From NCBI GenBank assembly GCA_003344405.1, contig NOWV01000208.1:108013-128012 (forward strand): a stretch of DNA of 20,000 nucleotides. The letters are read 5' to 3'. Below, in pieces: positions 1-11,101 of the stretch. The notes beneath the pieces were generated by a model. It did no database searches. It saw nothing but the letters and a program-made list of their open reading frames with translations, and had not been told where the DNA came from. This stretch comes from Trichoplax sp. H2 (Eukaryota). The translations under genes were made by a program, and so were the position numbers. Positions within the stretch are counted from its first letter, which is position 1. The number at the start of each line of letters is the position of its first letter.

Positions 1-19
1 CGAAACATTTCGATCTGGA

Positions 20-720
20 ATCTAAATTAAGATTGTTTGTTCGTCTTAGTCTTTTTTAGTTATATGTTATTGTCACAAACCTCGCTTGTGGCAAAGGTTT
101 CGTAAAGAAACTCTCGTGCAAGTATTATAACTCGGGCTATTTCCCAATAATTTTAGTTTCTATGCGAGTGATATATGAGGACTCATTTTCTCTGCTGTAC
201 TCCACATACGACTTATTAACCACTACACTTTTCTCCACGTTACGACACCTGAGCGCTTCTTAAGAAATTACTACTTTTATTACATAACCATGTAGGCTTA
301 AATAGATTCCTAGGGTAAACGTCGGTCTTAACTTGCGTGAATACATATTTTATAAGTTGCACTAACAGATATTTCCAATTACTAAATAGATGCGAGTAGG
401 CAAATATTCTAGAAGTTAAGGTATTGAAACATTCTTTTACCACCCCTGATTCGATATACGCCTCGATTATAATATTACAGCCTAGCACACCTTTCAGTCT
501 TTAGTAAATTAACTTGCAATAGTTCTATATCATAATTCTACTACTAAAGAATTTACCAGTACAAGCCTAGCAAAACTAATATGACTTTATCTAGATTATT
601 CTCTAGTATCAATAATTATAATCAATTAACCGGCAAAGCAGTACCGTAACAATTATATAGCGTAGATAAGTAAAATTTGTAAATTCAGTAATATTGAGAA
701 TCTAGGGTACAATTTATCTG
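20..720 (-). pseudogene. Probable decayed GPCR relic (TM3-TM5 recognisable), running off the left edge
   Basis: The minus frame extending ORF 240..488 reads YCKLIY*RLKGVLGCNIII...KECF (TM3-like, Cys at 516-518). It continues SNWKYLLVQLIKYV, similar to SNRYTMIVQLL in the relic near 3180. A TM5-like FFTKPL...FVTITYN*KRLRR lies at about 40-110. Read by eye; boundaries approximate. Confidence 0.3.
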
Positions 721-1114
721 ATCATATACGTTCAATTGCTAGTTTTTTTTAATACTTTAGAATAGTAATTTGATAGTCTGATACCGCCAGCTGCTCTGCG
801 TAGCATATAAAAGGTGGCATAGTTCAGTATGTAATGAAATGAAATGTGTAGAGATCAAGCTACGAAACTTTAACAAACTTTGATTCTACTTTCGTTGCAC
901 TCCGGTCGACTTAACGCTAATACTTTGACACCAAATAAAATTTGGGGAAATAACCGAACAACAATTTATTTCAAAACAAAAATGGAGAGAAGTATAAACC
1001 GAACAACCTTACAAATACTTAGCTTTAAGTATTATTAAAATAAATGACAGACTTAAAAACTGTCAACGACCAAACAACCTTTCAAAAAGAAGAACGTTTT
1101 AACTTACGACAATT

Positions 1115-1134
1115 NNNNNNNNNNNNNNNNNNNN
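1115..1134. other. Assembly gap (20 N)
   Basis: Run of n in the sequence. Confidence 0.99.
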
Positions 1135-1302
1135 CCTCTGCCAATTTCCATCTTATTTTCTATTTTTCTCACTAAATCTCCTAATGTGACTTCAAGTCAC
1201 GTCATAAAATTCCAAAATTTCAAAATTCATAACAAAAAGTCTAAATCTCAAAAATCAACTCTTACGATATTTTTCATGAACAAAAATCCAAAAATTAAAA
1301 TT

Positions 1303-1392
1303 AAACCCGACCGATTCCAAAACAGGAAAATTATATCGGACACAAACCCGACCGGTCCCAGAATCCGAAAACTATATCGGACACAAATCCGG
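1303..1392 (+). repeat. 41-bp tandem repeat (2 copies plus a partial) in an A/C-rich, possibly transposon-derived segment next to the gap
   Basis: aaacccgaccgattccaaaacaggaaaattatatcggacac at 1303, aaacccgaccggtcccagaatccgaaaactatatcggacac at 1344, and a partial aaatccgg at 1385. Confidence 0.8.
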
Positions 1393-1479
1393 AAAAATTC
1401 GCTTTTTATGAAGATCACAGTAATCGCTTATCAAAAAAATTTATATGACTACTACGACTACTTTTCTGACATTAATATC

Positions 1480-2310
1480 GCTTAGTATTCGCGAGTATTG
1501 ACAGTTGATGTTTTAGCGTCAGATTGTACTGTAACTGTACGAGTATAGACTACATTACAGTACTTTTATCGTCACGTTATAAATCCCCTTTCTCTAAGGA
1601 TAGGGTTTTGCTACTAAGTCAAATTTCTTTACAATTTGAATAGACGATGAAACGCCCTTTCTTTAGATTAGGCATTTGCTCTATAGGGCTACTTCTATAG
1701 TAATCTATATAATACCTTGTAAAATAATGAAGAAGAAAAGATAGCGACATGATGATTTGGCAGGGTAAAACTTAAAGACACTATCACTTTCTGGGTATTT
1801 TGTATAGTAAAATAATACTAATTACATACTAAAAACTACAAAGGACTCTACTTTTAGTCCATTTACTACAAGTAGAAAAGTAGTTAAAGCCTTAGCTGAG
1901 ATAGAAAGTAAAGATTAGGATCTTCCTCTATTCGTGAGTAAATCGTATTTTGCGATGGTAGTTTGATTGGTTGAGGTAGCCTTTATTGTCATTTTTTATT
2001 GACTTATATAAATTGCTTGTTAAATTACGAAAAAGCTGGTGTTTTCCCCAAATTTTCCTTTAGTTGGAATTCAAAAGCTGTTAGATTCACCTAAACTTCT
2101 ACATCCATTATTACTATTACGTAAATTTATAAGCATTCAATATCTGCATAAATTATGTAAAAATGAGCCAGAATACCTACCTACATTAACTCCCTAGCAA
2201 ATGACTTCTTATAAAAGAAACTGCTTCAATAATAGATAATGTCATTAGGAAGGATCACTATTGTTGGGATTTACCGGTAATCAATAATAATAACGTAGAC
2301 TTTCGTTTTG
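1480..2310 (-). pseudogene. Decayed GPCR relic
   Basis: TM2-like SFLMTLSIIEAVSFI (core at 2225-2254), a possible TM3 end TTIA..RF (~1935-1960), and TM5-like KVIVSLSFTLP/IIMSLSFLLHYFTRLL with a frameshift (~1700-1790). Order is correct; many stops. Confidence 0.4.
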
Positions 2311-2324
2311 AATATATATTTAAT

Positions 2325-2890
2325 TTATTAGTAAGGTGTAAAGTAGCTTAGTATTATTATAATTGTATACTATTAGCCACGTTTAGTATGATCTTCGGTA
2401 GTGTCTTTTCTGTATTTATTTTATGATATATTTGGTAGCCCAAAATTATAGACTGGATAGACTCTATGCTAGATTACGGATGAATATATACCGTACATTA
2501 AAATCTTGAGCCACTACTAAGGCTGGAGGTAAAAACAGAATTGTAAATCATTTATTAGGATATACTTAGTTCATCGTACTTTGAGTGGTAGAAATAATGC
2601 CAACGAAAATACTGTAATCATTTCCGTATTGGATTAATGACGGTTCGCTATAAAATATTGTAAATAATAATAAACTGAGTATGTGTAAAATATGGTAGAA
2701 TGCTGCTATGCTGATTGTAGTTGCGAAGGCTGCGGAGAGTATAAAAGAAGGAGACATTGAATTAATTGATTATTCTTTATAAGTCTTCTAGTACTTGTAT
2801 TCAGCTGTATGTAACTAGTCTTTGTATTAGATCTAATAAAGTTCTAATTTTCTACAACTTTGAAATTTTCTTGATCGGAGTTTATCACAT
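2325..2890 (+). repeat. Dispersed diverged direct repeat, copy A (paralogous to ~19083-19650)
   Basis: Collinear by eye. A hand count gives 143/189 identical nt with no gaps between 2566-2754 and 19312-19500; the flanks also align, with indels. Confidence 0.9.
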
Positions 2891-3470
2891 TGGGAAATAG
2901 GAGTTGCCAACGAGTAATTGAACAATAGCTAAATCAATAGCGATATGCTACCAAGGAGTAACAAGGTCAGATTTAATCAATAGCTCTTCTCTGACTCCTT
3001 TACCCGTGCTTAGCTTGCATAGCCTCAAATAATGTCTCTTTTATGTACTCATTATGTTCAATAATTAATTACTAACTTGAGATAATTGTACTAAATAAAA
3101 AGTAATATTTAAATCTTGATTGTAGAGATTAATGATAGTCATAGCATCTGCAGTTAACATTATAACGCAAATACAGCAATTGTACGATCATTGTATATCT
3201 ATTACTACAACAATGCTGCTTCTGACTCCTTTAATAAGGAATTTTTTAGTGTTCTAATAAAGCCTTGAATTGCGATAGTCATTCTAATGAATGTATAAAT
3301 AAACCTAGTAGTCTATTACTTCCAATGACATTAAAAATTAAAATGTCAACACTTTTACTTTTACTGGGTAAAAATAACAATTATGCAGGTCACGATAAAT
3401 AGTAAGAATTATTGCAAAAGTCGCAATAGATATGATTCCAGTACTTTATTATTTCTAATAGAATTGGAAG
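2480..3470 (-). pseudogene. Decayed GPCR/7TM relic including ORF 2566..2757 (TM6-TM7-like)
   Basis: TM1-like FIVTCIIVIFTQ, TM2 TF*FLMSLEVID (3311-3346, compare YFLxSLAxxD), TM3 end TIAIQGFIRTLK (from 3279 downwards), and a hydrophobic TM6/TM7-like ORF at 2566-2757. Confidence 0.55.
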
Positions 3471-4193
3471 TGAATAGCTAGGTGGAATAATGTGGTAGTT
3501 ATAAATAGGATAACAGATTACAATAGCTGCTAATTAAGGCAAAAACGGAAATTTTTCTAATAGTTATGATAGATCCATAAACTTTATAATGTACGGTATT
3601 TACTAGCATATCCGTGAACATTACAAGAAAAAAGGCAACTAAGAGNNNNNNNNNNNNNNNNNNNNTACCAAGGAGTAACAAGGTCAGATTTAATCAATAG
3701 CTCTTCTCTGACTCCTTTACCCGTGCTTAGCTTGCATAGCCTCAAATAATGTCTCTTTTATGTACTCATTATGTTCAATAATTAATTACTAACTTAAGAT
3801 AATTGTACTAAATAAAAAGTAATATTTAAATCTTGATTATAGATATATAAACCTAGTAGTCTATTACTTCCAATGACATTAAAAATTAAAATGTCAACAC
3901 TTTTACTTTTACTGGGTAAAAATAACAATTATGCAGGTCACGATAAATAGTAAGAATTATTGCAAAAGTCGCAATAGATATGATTCCAGTACTTTATTAT
4001 TTCTAATAGAATTGGAAATGAATAGCTAGGTGGAATAATGTGGTAGTTATAAATAGGATAACAGATTACAATAGCTGCTAATTAAGGCAAAAACGGAAAT
4101 TTTTCTAATAGTTATGATAGATCCATAAACTTTATAATGTACGGTATTTACTAGCATATCCGTGAACATTACAAGAAAAAAGGCAACTAAGAG
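2949..4193 (+). repeat. Near-identical direct duplication flanking a gap (2949-3645 vs 3666-4193), likely haplotype overlap or assembly artefact
   Basis: Copy 1 ends at the gap and copy 2 starts at it. They differ by a few SNPs and a ~169-bp segment (~3127-3297) absent from copy 2. Confidence 0.92.
3646..3665. other. Assembly gap (20 N)
   Basis: Run of n in the sequence. Confidence 0.99.
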
Positions 4194-5080
4194 AGCAAAA
4201 GGTAATATGATGTATTAAGTGGACTAATTCGAATAGAAGAATTTTTGCAACGTCGCTACAACAAATACCGCGAAAAGAGATGGCTCTTTTAAGCGAAAAA
4301 TATCGTCTAGATGATTTACTGTAGTGCAATTTATAAGTTTGATCTAGCTGTTTGAGGAGGATCAATTAATTATTAATTTACAATGAAATTGATATACTGT
4401 ACATGATAAGAAATAGGTGTGTCCAATTGATCAATTGTAAGTAAGAATGTCTCTATCCTTGAATTCTAAAGAATTGTAGCCCTTTTTAACTGCTTCTTGC
4501 TATCCAGTAGCCTCTCATCTATGATCAGTATTGTTCTACGAAATATCTGCTCATAGAAAGAAGTAAATGCGTACGATAGTTGGCTAATAAACTGTCATAA
4601 AGTCATTAAGTATCTGTGTTGTTATTTGCTATGGCCAGCATAAGTAAATGAGATATACCAAGATGGTATCAGTCCTCAAAAATACTTCTTCAGCATCAGA
4701 TGATGCCTTTAGAAAAATTATTATGATGATTGCATACTTACTACTGTATCAATACTGCTTTCTAACTCCTTTAATAAGGAACTTTTAGTGCTCTAACGAA
4801 GTCTTGTTTAACGAAAATCATTCCAATGAGAGCGAGTCATATTAAAAATATGGCCAATCAATAATAACATGATCCTAGTGTGGTATTCAGTTGTTGGGTC
4901 GAAGTTGCTATTCTAATAAACTAAATGTAGTTATAATTGAGATTATTTGTCCAGAAATAGTCATTTTCAGTAGCATGCATCAGATTGATGCCAAGATAAA
5001 GTATGTTATGTTTTTTTCTGGTTTCGCTAGAATTATCACAATCAAAGTTATTGAACAATGCGTATATGCATTCCCTCCTT
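4040..5080 (-). pseudogene. Decayed near full-length GPCR relic
   Basis: TM1/ICL1/TM2 ITLIVIILAKPEKNITYFILASI*C (~4975-5055). The TM3/ICL2 segment 4745-4830 is homologous at nucleotide level to 3200-3290. TM4 KYAIIIIIFL. TM6-TM7 LPFALLVAFFLVMFTDML...ISVFALISSYCNLLSYL, with an NPxxY-like NLLSY within 4053-4070. The ~1 kb span matches one receptor. Confidence 0.55.
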
Positions 5081-5569
5081 AAACTAGCTCTCAAGAATAT
5101 TAAATGCTTTAGAATTTAGGAATTTAAAAAATTAGACAATTTATCGCTCGAATAGAATAATTAACCAGCGTTTTATTGCACAGTCATCTGCAAGGTTACA
5201 TAATAAATCTTTGTCTTATTACGCGAGTATATTATTACAAACTAGTAGATCCTTGCTATGCACAGCGTGTAACTCTATGTACAAAGCGTATACTATATAC
5301 AATACTGTCCTTTTAATTAGCCTATTTACTATTAATTTAGAAACGATGTATAAATTCGATGGATTGATCAAAACAGCTATTACATTCATTCTATTTGTCT
5401 TCTATTAACTAGGGCTTATAATCGTGTAATATCGCAATATAAATAAATAGAATTTGTAACTCATTTTAATGCAAATATGCAAGTAATGAAGTGGCAAACG
5501 ACGATTGGTCAAAAATTAGCAATAAGAAATGTCTTCTTGATGACTAAATCAATGTAATAGAGATTAGAC

Positions 5570-6480
5570 TACAGTTTATGCAATGCTTTACAACCTTAAA
5601 GTTAAATAAAAGGCATAGACTAAAACTGGCCAAAGAATGATAGGTTGCAATGTATCTTCAGTAATGCCAAAACGGTACATTCTGTTAAATTATGATTCAT
5701 CTAGACAGAATAAATTTCAACTCTACTTGAGCTCTAGAATTTCGTATCCTTTGAAAATAAATCTTATAGTTCAACATCAACAGATATCGAAGAGGTTACC
5801 ATGTGGCAATAGTTACCATTATAGTAATTAAGGCATTAATGAGTTTTGAAAGTGTAATAGTAGTATAGAGTAACGAGTTGAGTAATTTAGAATAGGCTTG
5901 TATGCCTAATAAAAAGCATTCATACAGTAAATTTTCTAGTAGGACAACGCCGAATAGATGGAATTATTATTTGCAGTATTCCATATTTTATTTTGATTGA
6001 CAGTCTGACTAGAGCGCAGGTACAATACTAGAGAAATTTGCCCTTAACATCATGGGTCAATATTTTGGAGTAGTGACTCACTCCAAATAAGGTAGAGTAA
6101 ATTATGATACTTCTCTTTAATTGGTAACGCGGAAGAAGTTATCAGTTAGTACAGCACTCTAAGGCAAAAATTGAACTATCAATAGGTATCATTAAAAATA
6201 CTTATTTTAGTGCAATAAGTACTTTATAATAAAAGGTCTTAAAACTAGAAATGATAAGACTTGGATAGTATGTAAAGTTCACTTTCTTACATGAACTACC
6301 ATACTTCTTCAACCAAGAATACTGCTAGCTATCCATCTTAATAAGACATTCCTAATCAAAGCTATGGTCATAATGAACGAAAAATTTAACTAATACTTCC
6401 AACTTTGAATTTCAACGCTAGGAATTTAGGGGAAAGCACCTGTTTATTATAATAAATGTCCAAAAATCTTATCAATTGTA
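5570..6480 (-). pseudogene. Decayed near full-length GPCR relic
   Basis: In order: LIRFLDIYYN (TM1, ~6445-6475), SFIMTIALI (TM2, ~6355-6380), YKVLIALK*VFLMIP..IFALECC (TM3, ERY-like ECC ~6150), LLYLIWS (TM4), YCTC..YGILQIIIPSI (ECL2/TM5, ~5955-6025), LITIMVTIATW*PL (TM6, ~5790-5835). Confidence 0.55.
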
Positions 6481-6779
6481 CTTGAAGAATTATAAAAGGA
6501 CAGAATTACTGCTTTAACCTATCGAACTTCTACGTAAAATACGATTTACTCTCGAATTAGGAAATTCCTAAATTTCACCTTCTCCATCTTGAACTCCTAA
6601 ACTGCTGAACTATGCGATCTTTTATTTACTGAGCAGAGCAGTAGAAGGTAACAGACTGCTATCATACCATTCTAAAGTAATCTAAAATAGACGAGCAAAT
6701 AAATATGTATGATAAGAAAAATTATACCTAAAATCGTAGGATGACTAAATTAATATTAATTAATCATAATTTAACTACA

Positions 6780-7740
6780 AAAGGTATTTTCTACACCATA
6801 TAAAATACAGCTATAATAAAACGTCATAAGAGATCATCAATCGTAAAGTAGAACCCTGATTAGAACGTTCGGGTTTCTATTATTTCATACCAGAAAGTGA
6901 TATCATTTCTACTGTAACATCTAATTAAAATTAGCTGCTAGTTTGTGATCATGATTGCAGCTTAAAATATAGTGCTACCTAAACATAAAGCTAATTTAAC
7001 ATTCTTACTTTCCGTAGTTCCTAACAAAAATTAAGTTATCGAATGTTATTAAATTCCAACTCGAGTAAAGTGATTGGATTTAAGATATATAAAAAAGTAG
7101 CGAGTAGAATCTGCTGCAGTTTAACCAAATTAAGTTACTTTTCAAGTTACAATACTTTACTAAAGTTAAAAAGCATGAAGGAGAATTCTAAAAATTAACC
7201 TTCATTACACACTATAGTAATTACTATTTAGTATAGGTACGCTCTTAACACAATTTTGACTTTACTAATGTACAATCTCGTAAATACCATGGCAATTTTT
7301 TATTATAACATATCACTTTGCAACTTTCTACCATCTATTAGACTATATTGGGGCTGCATAGCACCCTTTTATTAAAGCTATTGACAGTAGCTATTTGAAA
7401 CTCCTTCGCAAATAAATGCAGCATGTACATGACAGATAACTTACAGTTGTAAGACTGGCACCGAAGTTTATATTCGAAATCTTAGAGTATAACATCGGAA
7501 ACAACTATCATTTCGGAGATACGCTACCTTAACAGCTCCAAAATAAATTTAATATTTTCAAATCATAGCAATCTACAATTAATTCAATAAGCTCAGCGGC
7601 TACAGTATGTCATATAATGCTAGATTTGTTTAAAAGTATAGAACAGAATTAAATCATTCACTTAGCATATTCATTATAATGAGTAATATAATAAACACTC
7701 AGAAATCTAAGATGATTTTGTACCAAAACTGCCACTGCAG
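6780..7740 (-). pseudogene. Decayed GPCR relic immediately downstream of the intact GPCR
   Basis: LRFLSVYYI (TM1-like, matches the neighbouring relic), a clear TM2 motif YF*TNLALYDIL (7603-7638), TM3 NCKLSVMY...LLSIALIKGCYAAP (~7350-7450), and ECL2 IVCNE (~7205). Confidence 0.6.
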
Positions 7741-8011
7741 TTATAAAAGATATCGTTTTAATATACAATTCACTGGTTAACCTGCAACTAACTTTAACAC
7801 AATACTAAACTGATTTAGTGATTTCATGAGCTTGATAAAATAGAACCATCGTTAAACTAAAATAATCTAGAAACAAAGTATAGAAATCTCTAATTTCTAA
7901 CCAAAACCGCTATTATCTATAACAAACCAGCTGAAATCTTTGTGAATCATTTTTAAACGATGGAAAGCAGTAAATTCTATGAAAGCATATCATACAGTCA
8001 TTCTAGCGTCG

Positions 8012-9133
8012 TTAAGATCCGGCACTGACGACAAAATTATTAAAAGACGACACTGTCAGTATTTTAGGCAATCGGTTCTCTGAGTTGGTATCCATCACCG
8101 ACCTCCTAAATTTGCTACAACATTGGAATGGTAGGGCACTGCGAATAGATTGACTAGAATAAAGAAAGATAAGTGGACTTTGAATACATAATAATATCAG
8201 AAATGCATTTCCGAGGAAAGATATTGAATCGGTTTTCCTGCCCAATCGAAGGAAAAAATAGACTGAATTTTGTGCATTGTATGCAATAATAAGATTGGCC
8301 ATGAAGAATGGCGTACATGTTAATATGAATGTAACTGTCACTAGAATTAACAATTTCACAGTCTTAAGATGGTGCAAATAATTTTTCTTTAATATTTTAT
8401 AATTTCGAAGTTGTCCGTCAGTTGGGGTTTCATTTTGCCGCAAAAAGTTCATAATTTTTATATAAATAACATTCACGGTGATGATTGGAATTAGAAGTGC
8501 TGCAATGAACAATGACGTGAAATAGGCTATATTGAAATTAAAACTTATGTATCGAATATTGCACATATATGGATATTCAGCTAGAATATCCGCTAAAGTT
8601 AAAATGGGTAAAGCTATTAATATTCCAACTACCCAAGTTAGAGTAATTATTGTTTTCAATTTACGAGATGTATTTAGCATGGAGGTCCGCCGTGATAATC
8701 CGGGAGTGATCATATGATAACGTTCGATACTTATGGCAATTAAAGTTACCATTGATAAAATGCAAGCAATTCCATTTACATAATAAGAAAATTTACACGA
8801 AGCAGCAAGAGTAGGAGTCCCCATTAAATGCAACGCTAGGAAACAATTAGTTACAGTTATAGCTGCAGAAGTGAATAAAATGAAAGAATGAGAGACTCCA
8901 AGATTGATTAATAAATAGAAGGTTGATGTTTGCAATGTTTTTTTCTTTAAAATGCCATAGCAAATCATCGCGTTAACTAGGATACCTAGTGAAGCCAGCA
9001 AAGCTATTATAGGTAATGTAATTTGCAGTTTTCGAAATTCTTGTTTCGCAACAGTTTTTACAATCGACTGATTCAGCGACATATTAAACGCCATTAAAGT
9101 ACGGCTTAAAGTACCACTAAGATTCTTCGCCAT
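8012..9133 (-). CDS. Intronless rhodopsin-family (class A, 7tm_1) orphan GPCR, 373 aa
   Basis: Uninterrupted ORF with seven hydrophobic segments. TM1 GILVN, TM3 SCKF...ISIERY (Cys to Arg spacing 25), TM4 Trp, ECL2 Cys, TM5 LIP...Y, TM6 FILTCTP, TM7 QSPLIFLY. N-terminal sequons NLS/NMS/NQS and a C-terminal CC. The ORF-track start at 9157 is a TTG; the first ATG is at 9133, with an alternative at 9094. Confidence 0.93.
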   Translation of the reverse strand: MAKNLSGTLSRTLMAFNMSLNQSIVKTVAKQEFRKLQITLPIIALLASLGILVNAMICYGILKKKTLQTSTFYLLINLGVSHSFILFTSAAITVTNCFLALHLMGTPTLAASCKFSYYVNGIACILSMVTLIAISIERYHMITPGLSRRTSMLNTSRKLKTIITLTWVVGILIALPILTLADILAEYPYMCNIRYISFNFNIAYFTSLFIAALLIPIITVNVIYIKIMNFLRQNETPTDGQLRNYKILKKNYLHHLKTVKLLILVTVTFILTCTPFFMANLIIAYNAQNSVYFFLRLGRKTDSISFLGNAFLILLCIQSPLIFLYSSQSIRSALPFQCCSKFRRSVMDTNSENRLPKILTVSSFNNFVVSAGS

Positions 9134-9929
9134 AGTCTTATCAGCTAAAATGGCCAAAGGTCATTAAGAGCTTTAAATTTTGTAACAGTTATTGCTCTTC
9201 CACAAGACTGGTGAAATTAGCAATGATCAATACTATTACAACATTGAATGTACCCTAAATTACGATTTTCTACTTATAGTGAAAGTTTAGGTAATTACGA
9301 ATTGTTTGTTAATAGGCACAGTGGAAGACAGTTACTAGCTAACTTCATGCGTGTTAATTTTATAATGCCGATTAATAATTAAATGTTTATAAAGCATGTC
9401 AAAGTGTAATATTTAATTATTATGTTAAAAACACAAAGTGACCATTATATGGTAATTTGTGGTTGAATTTTGAAGTTTAGCTTCGGTAAATCGGATGAAT
9501 GTTTACATGTATCAATGTTAAATTTACAATATTTGATAATTTTAGAATTCCTAAAAAAATAAAATATCGCAGGATTAAAGTTCCAAGATTATTAATTTCA
9601 GATAAGATTAATTTACTTTTATGAATCGGATCATTCAAATTAATTTTCATGATTTCTACTGGCTATAGAAAGTCATAATGACAAAAAATTGTAATAAATT
9701 ACATTCTATAAAAAACAGTGCTTTATAGATTTAAAATTGAACTGGTAAAACTTTATTCAATCGCTCGTTGTGTTCGTAATAAACAAAGCAGTAAATCATT
9801 ATGGTAGAAACGTAAATAAATTTGATACAACCTATTCCTTTATTCTTTAGGGCGGTCTAATTTACCATACTTACTAATAATAAATGATGAATTAAACTTT
9901 CCGAGATGAAAAGCAATAGCAATCACATA

Positions 9930-11070
9930 TGACGACAACATGTGAGAAACTTGTAAAATTATATACCTCCTCTAATTTAGTACAGCAATTAGTGATAAAA
10001 TGAATACTTACTTACGGTCATGCCGCACAAATCCAGAAAGCAATATTCTTAAAATGACTTAATATATGAACTACTTTTGTTACATTTTCAATCACTCGAA
10101 AATTTAAATTATGAATTGAGGGCCGGTAGGCAAAGAGTCAAGCTATCATTACAACATTTACAAATGATTCAGCATGTAGTAAGGAAATATTCTTACGAGA
10201 TACTAAATGAATGTTCATCTTCTTATATGGAGAAAGATTATTCAATTATTTATTACATCTGAAATGTTCGTATAAATCAATTAAAGGTTACTTTAAGTAG
10301 CTGGACATAATTTACCAGTATCTGTTATAACGAATTCAAATAAAAGTTTACTAATCTTCTATATGCTTAAGATTTACAAAGTACACTGTTTAATCATCCT
10401 ATTATTTTTGTTTCGGCTATTTCAGTTCTAGATGTTGTACGAAACATTTATACGTTTCAAGTTAAATCCACGAATTTTTGTTAAAATTGAGTCGTAAAAT
10501 TTCATTAGCAAGCAATACTGTGTTTAATATCATTTTACCGAGATTAATTAATAAAACTTAAGCGTTGTTTGAGTTTCACCCGTCCATCCCCATAATTTTA
10601 GTTCGCTTTCATACCCTCCTTGAAATCAAAGTAATTGTAGATGTGATGGACGATATAACATAAGTAAATATGTTCATCTTTCTTATGATATAAATATCTA
10701 AAAAGATTATAACTAGCAGCTAAACTTAAAAATCAGATTATCATTACTAAGGTACTAGAAATGGCTTAATGGATGTATCGGATATCATCTGAACATTTCC
10801 AACATTTTGCCTATATAATCGAATCGTGTTTATAATGTAAACGACCTATGATGCTCGCAGCATTACTAAATTTTGGCCTCTAGTAGTTATAGAAGAGCCG
10901 ATTGCAGAAGATAGCAGATACATACAGTAGATAGAAGATTATTTATACTGCCGCCAGCTAGATCAGCGATATCCATTAGCCCTTCCTTCTTATTCAATAC
11001 AAATTGAAGTGTTTCTAAGTGGATTTTGATCAAGAGGCACATTTTACTATCAAATAGTACAGTAGAAATA
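9930..11070 (-). pseudogene. Decayed GPCR relic
   Basis: An open stretch ISTVLFDSKMCLLIKI...LMDIADLAGGSI (TM1-TM2, ADL at 10959-10967), TSIKPFLV (TM3 end, ~10755-10780), TM5 end YDSILTKIRGFNLK (10455-10496), and a C-terminal KFLTCCR (~9930-9955). Confidence 0.5.
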
Positions 11071-11101
11071 TCTCAATTCTTTGAATTGACTATTAATTTT
11101 C

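Noticed and set aside
1186..1485. 99-aa Lys/Asn-rich ORF
   Set aside because: GTG start, low-complexity A-rich repeat sequence beside a gap, and no domain signature.
2692..2760. Plus-strand Cys-rich mini-ORF MVECCYADCSCEGCGEYKRRRH with a counterpart CHADCSCEC near 19450, resembling a metallothionein or toxin
   Set aside because: It is in exact register with the antisense Ala-rich frame (TGC is the reverse complement of GCA). Cys positions are not fully conserved, and copy B has no ATG.
3499..3681. ORF spanning the N run
   Set aside because: Chimeric across an assembly gap; the real part duplicates the TM6-TM7 relic at ~4050-4190.
4891..5831. Short plus-strand ORFs (4891, 5211, 5637; likewise 10077 and 18532)
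   Set aside because: No motifs and several non-ATG starts; most lie antisense to GPCR relics.
6064..6087. Hairpin tttggagt-N8-actccaaa
   Set aside because: An 8-bp stem is expected by chance in 20 kb of AT-rich DNA, and there is no supporting context.
4040..7740. Idea that the relics are live genes rescued by RNA editing, stop readthrough or an alternative genetic code, or were killed by CpG methylation
   Set aside because: Lesions include all three stop types, frameshifts, deletions and non-conservative changes. The two intact genes use the standard code, and the few CpG-type changes seen are too few to infer a mechanism.
8532..8717. Plus-strand 61-aa ORF
   Set aside because: Antisense shadow of the GPCR CDS.
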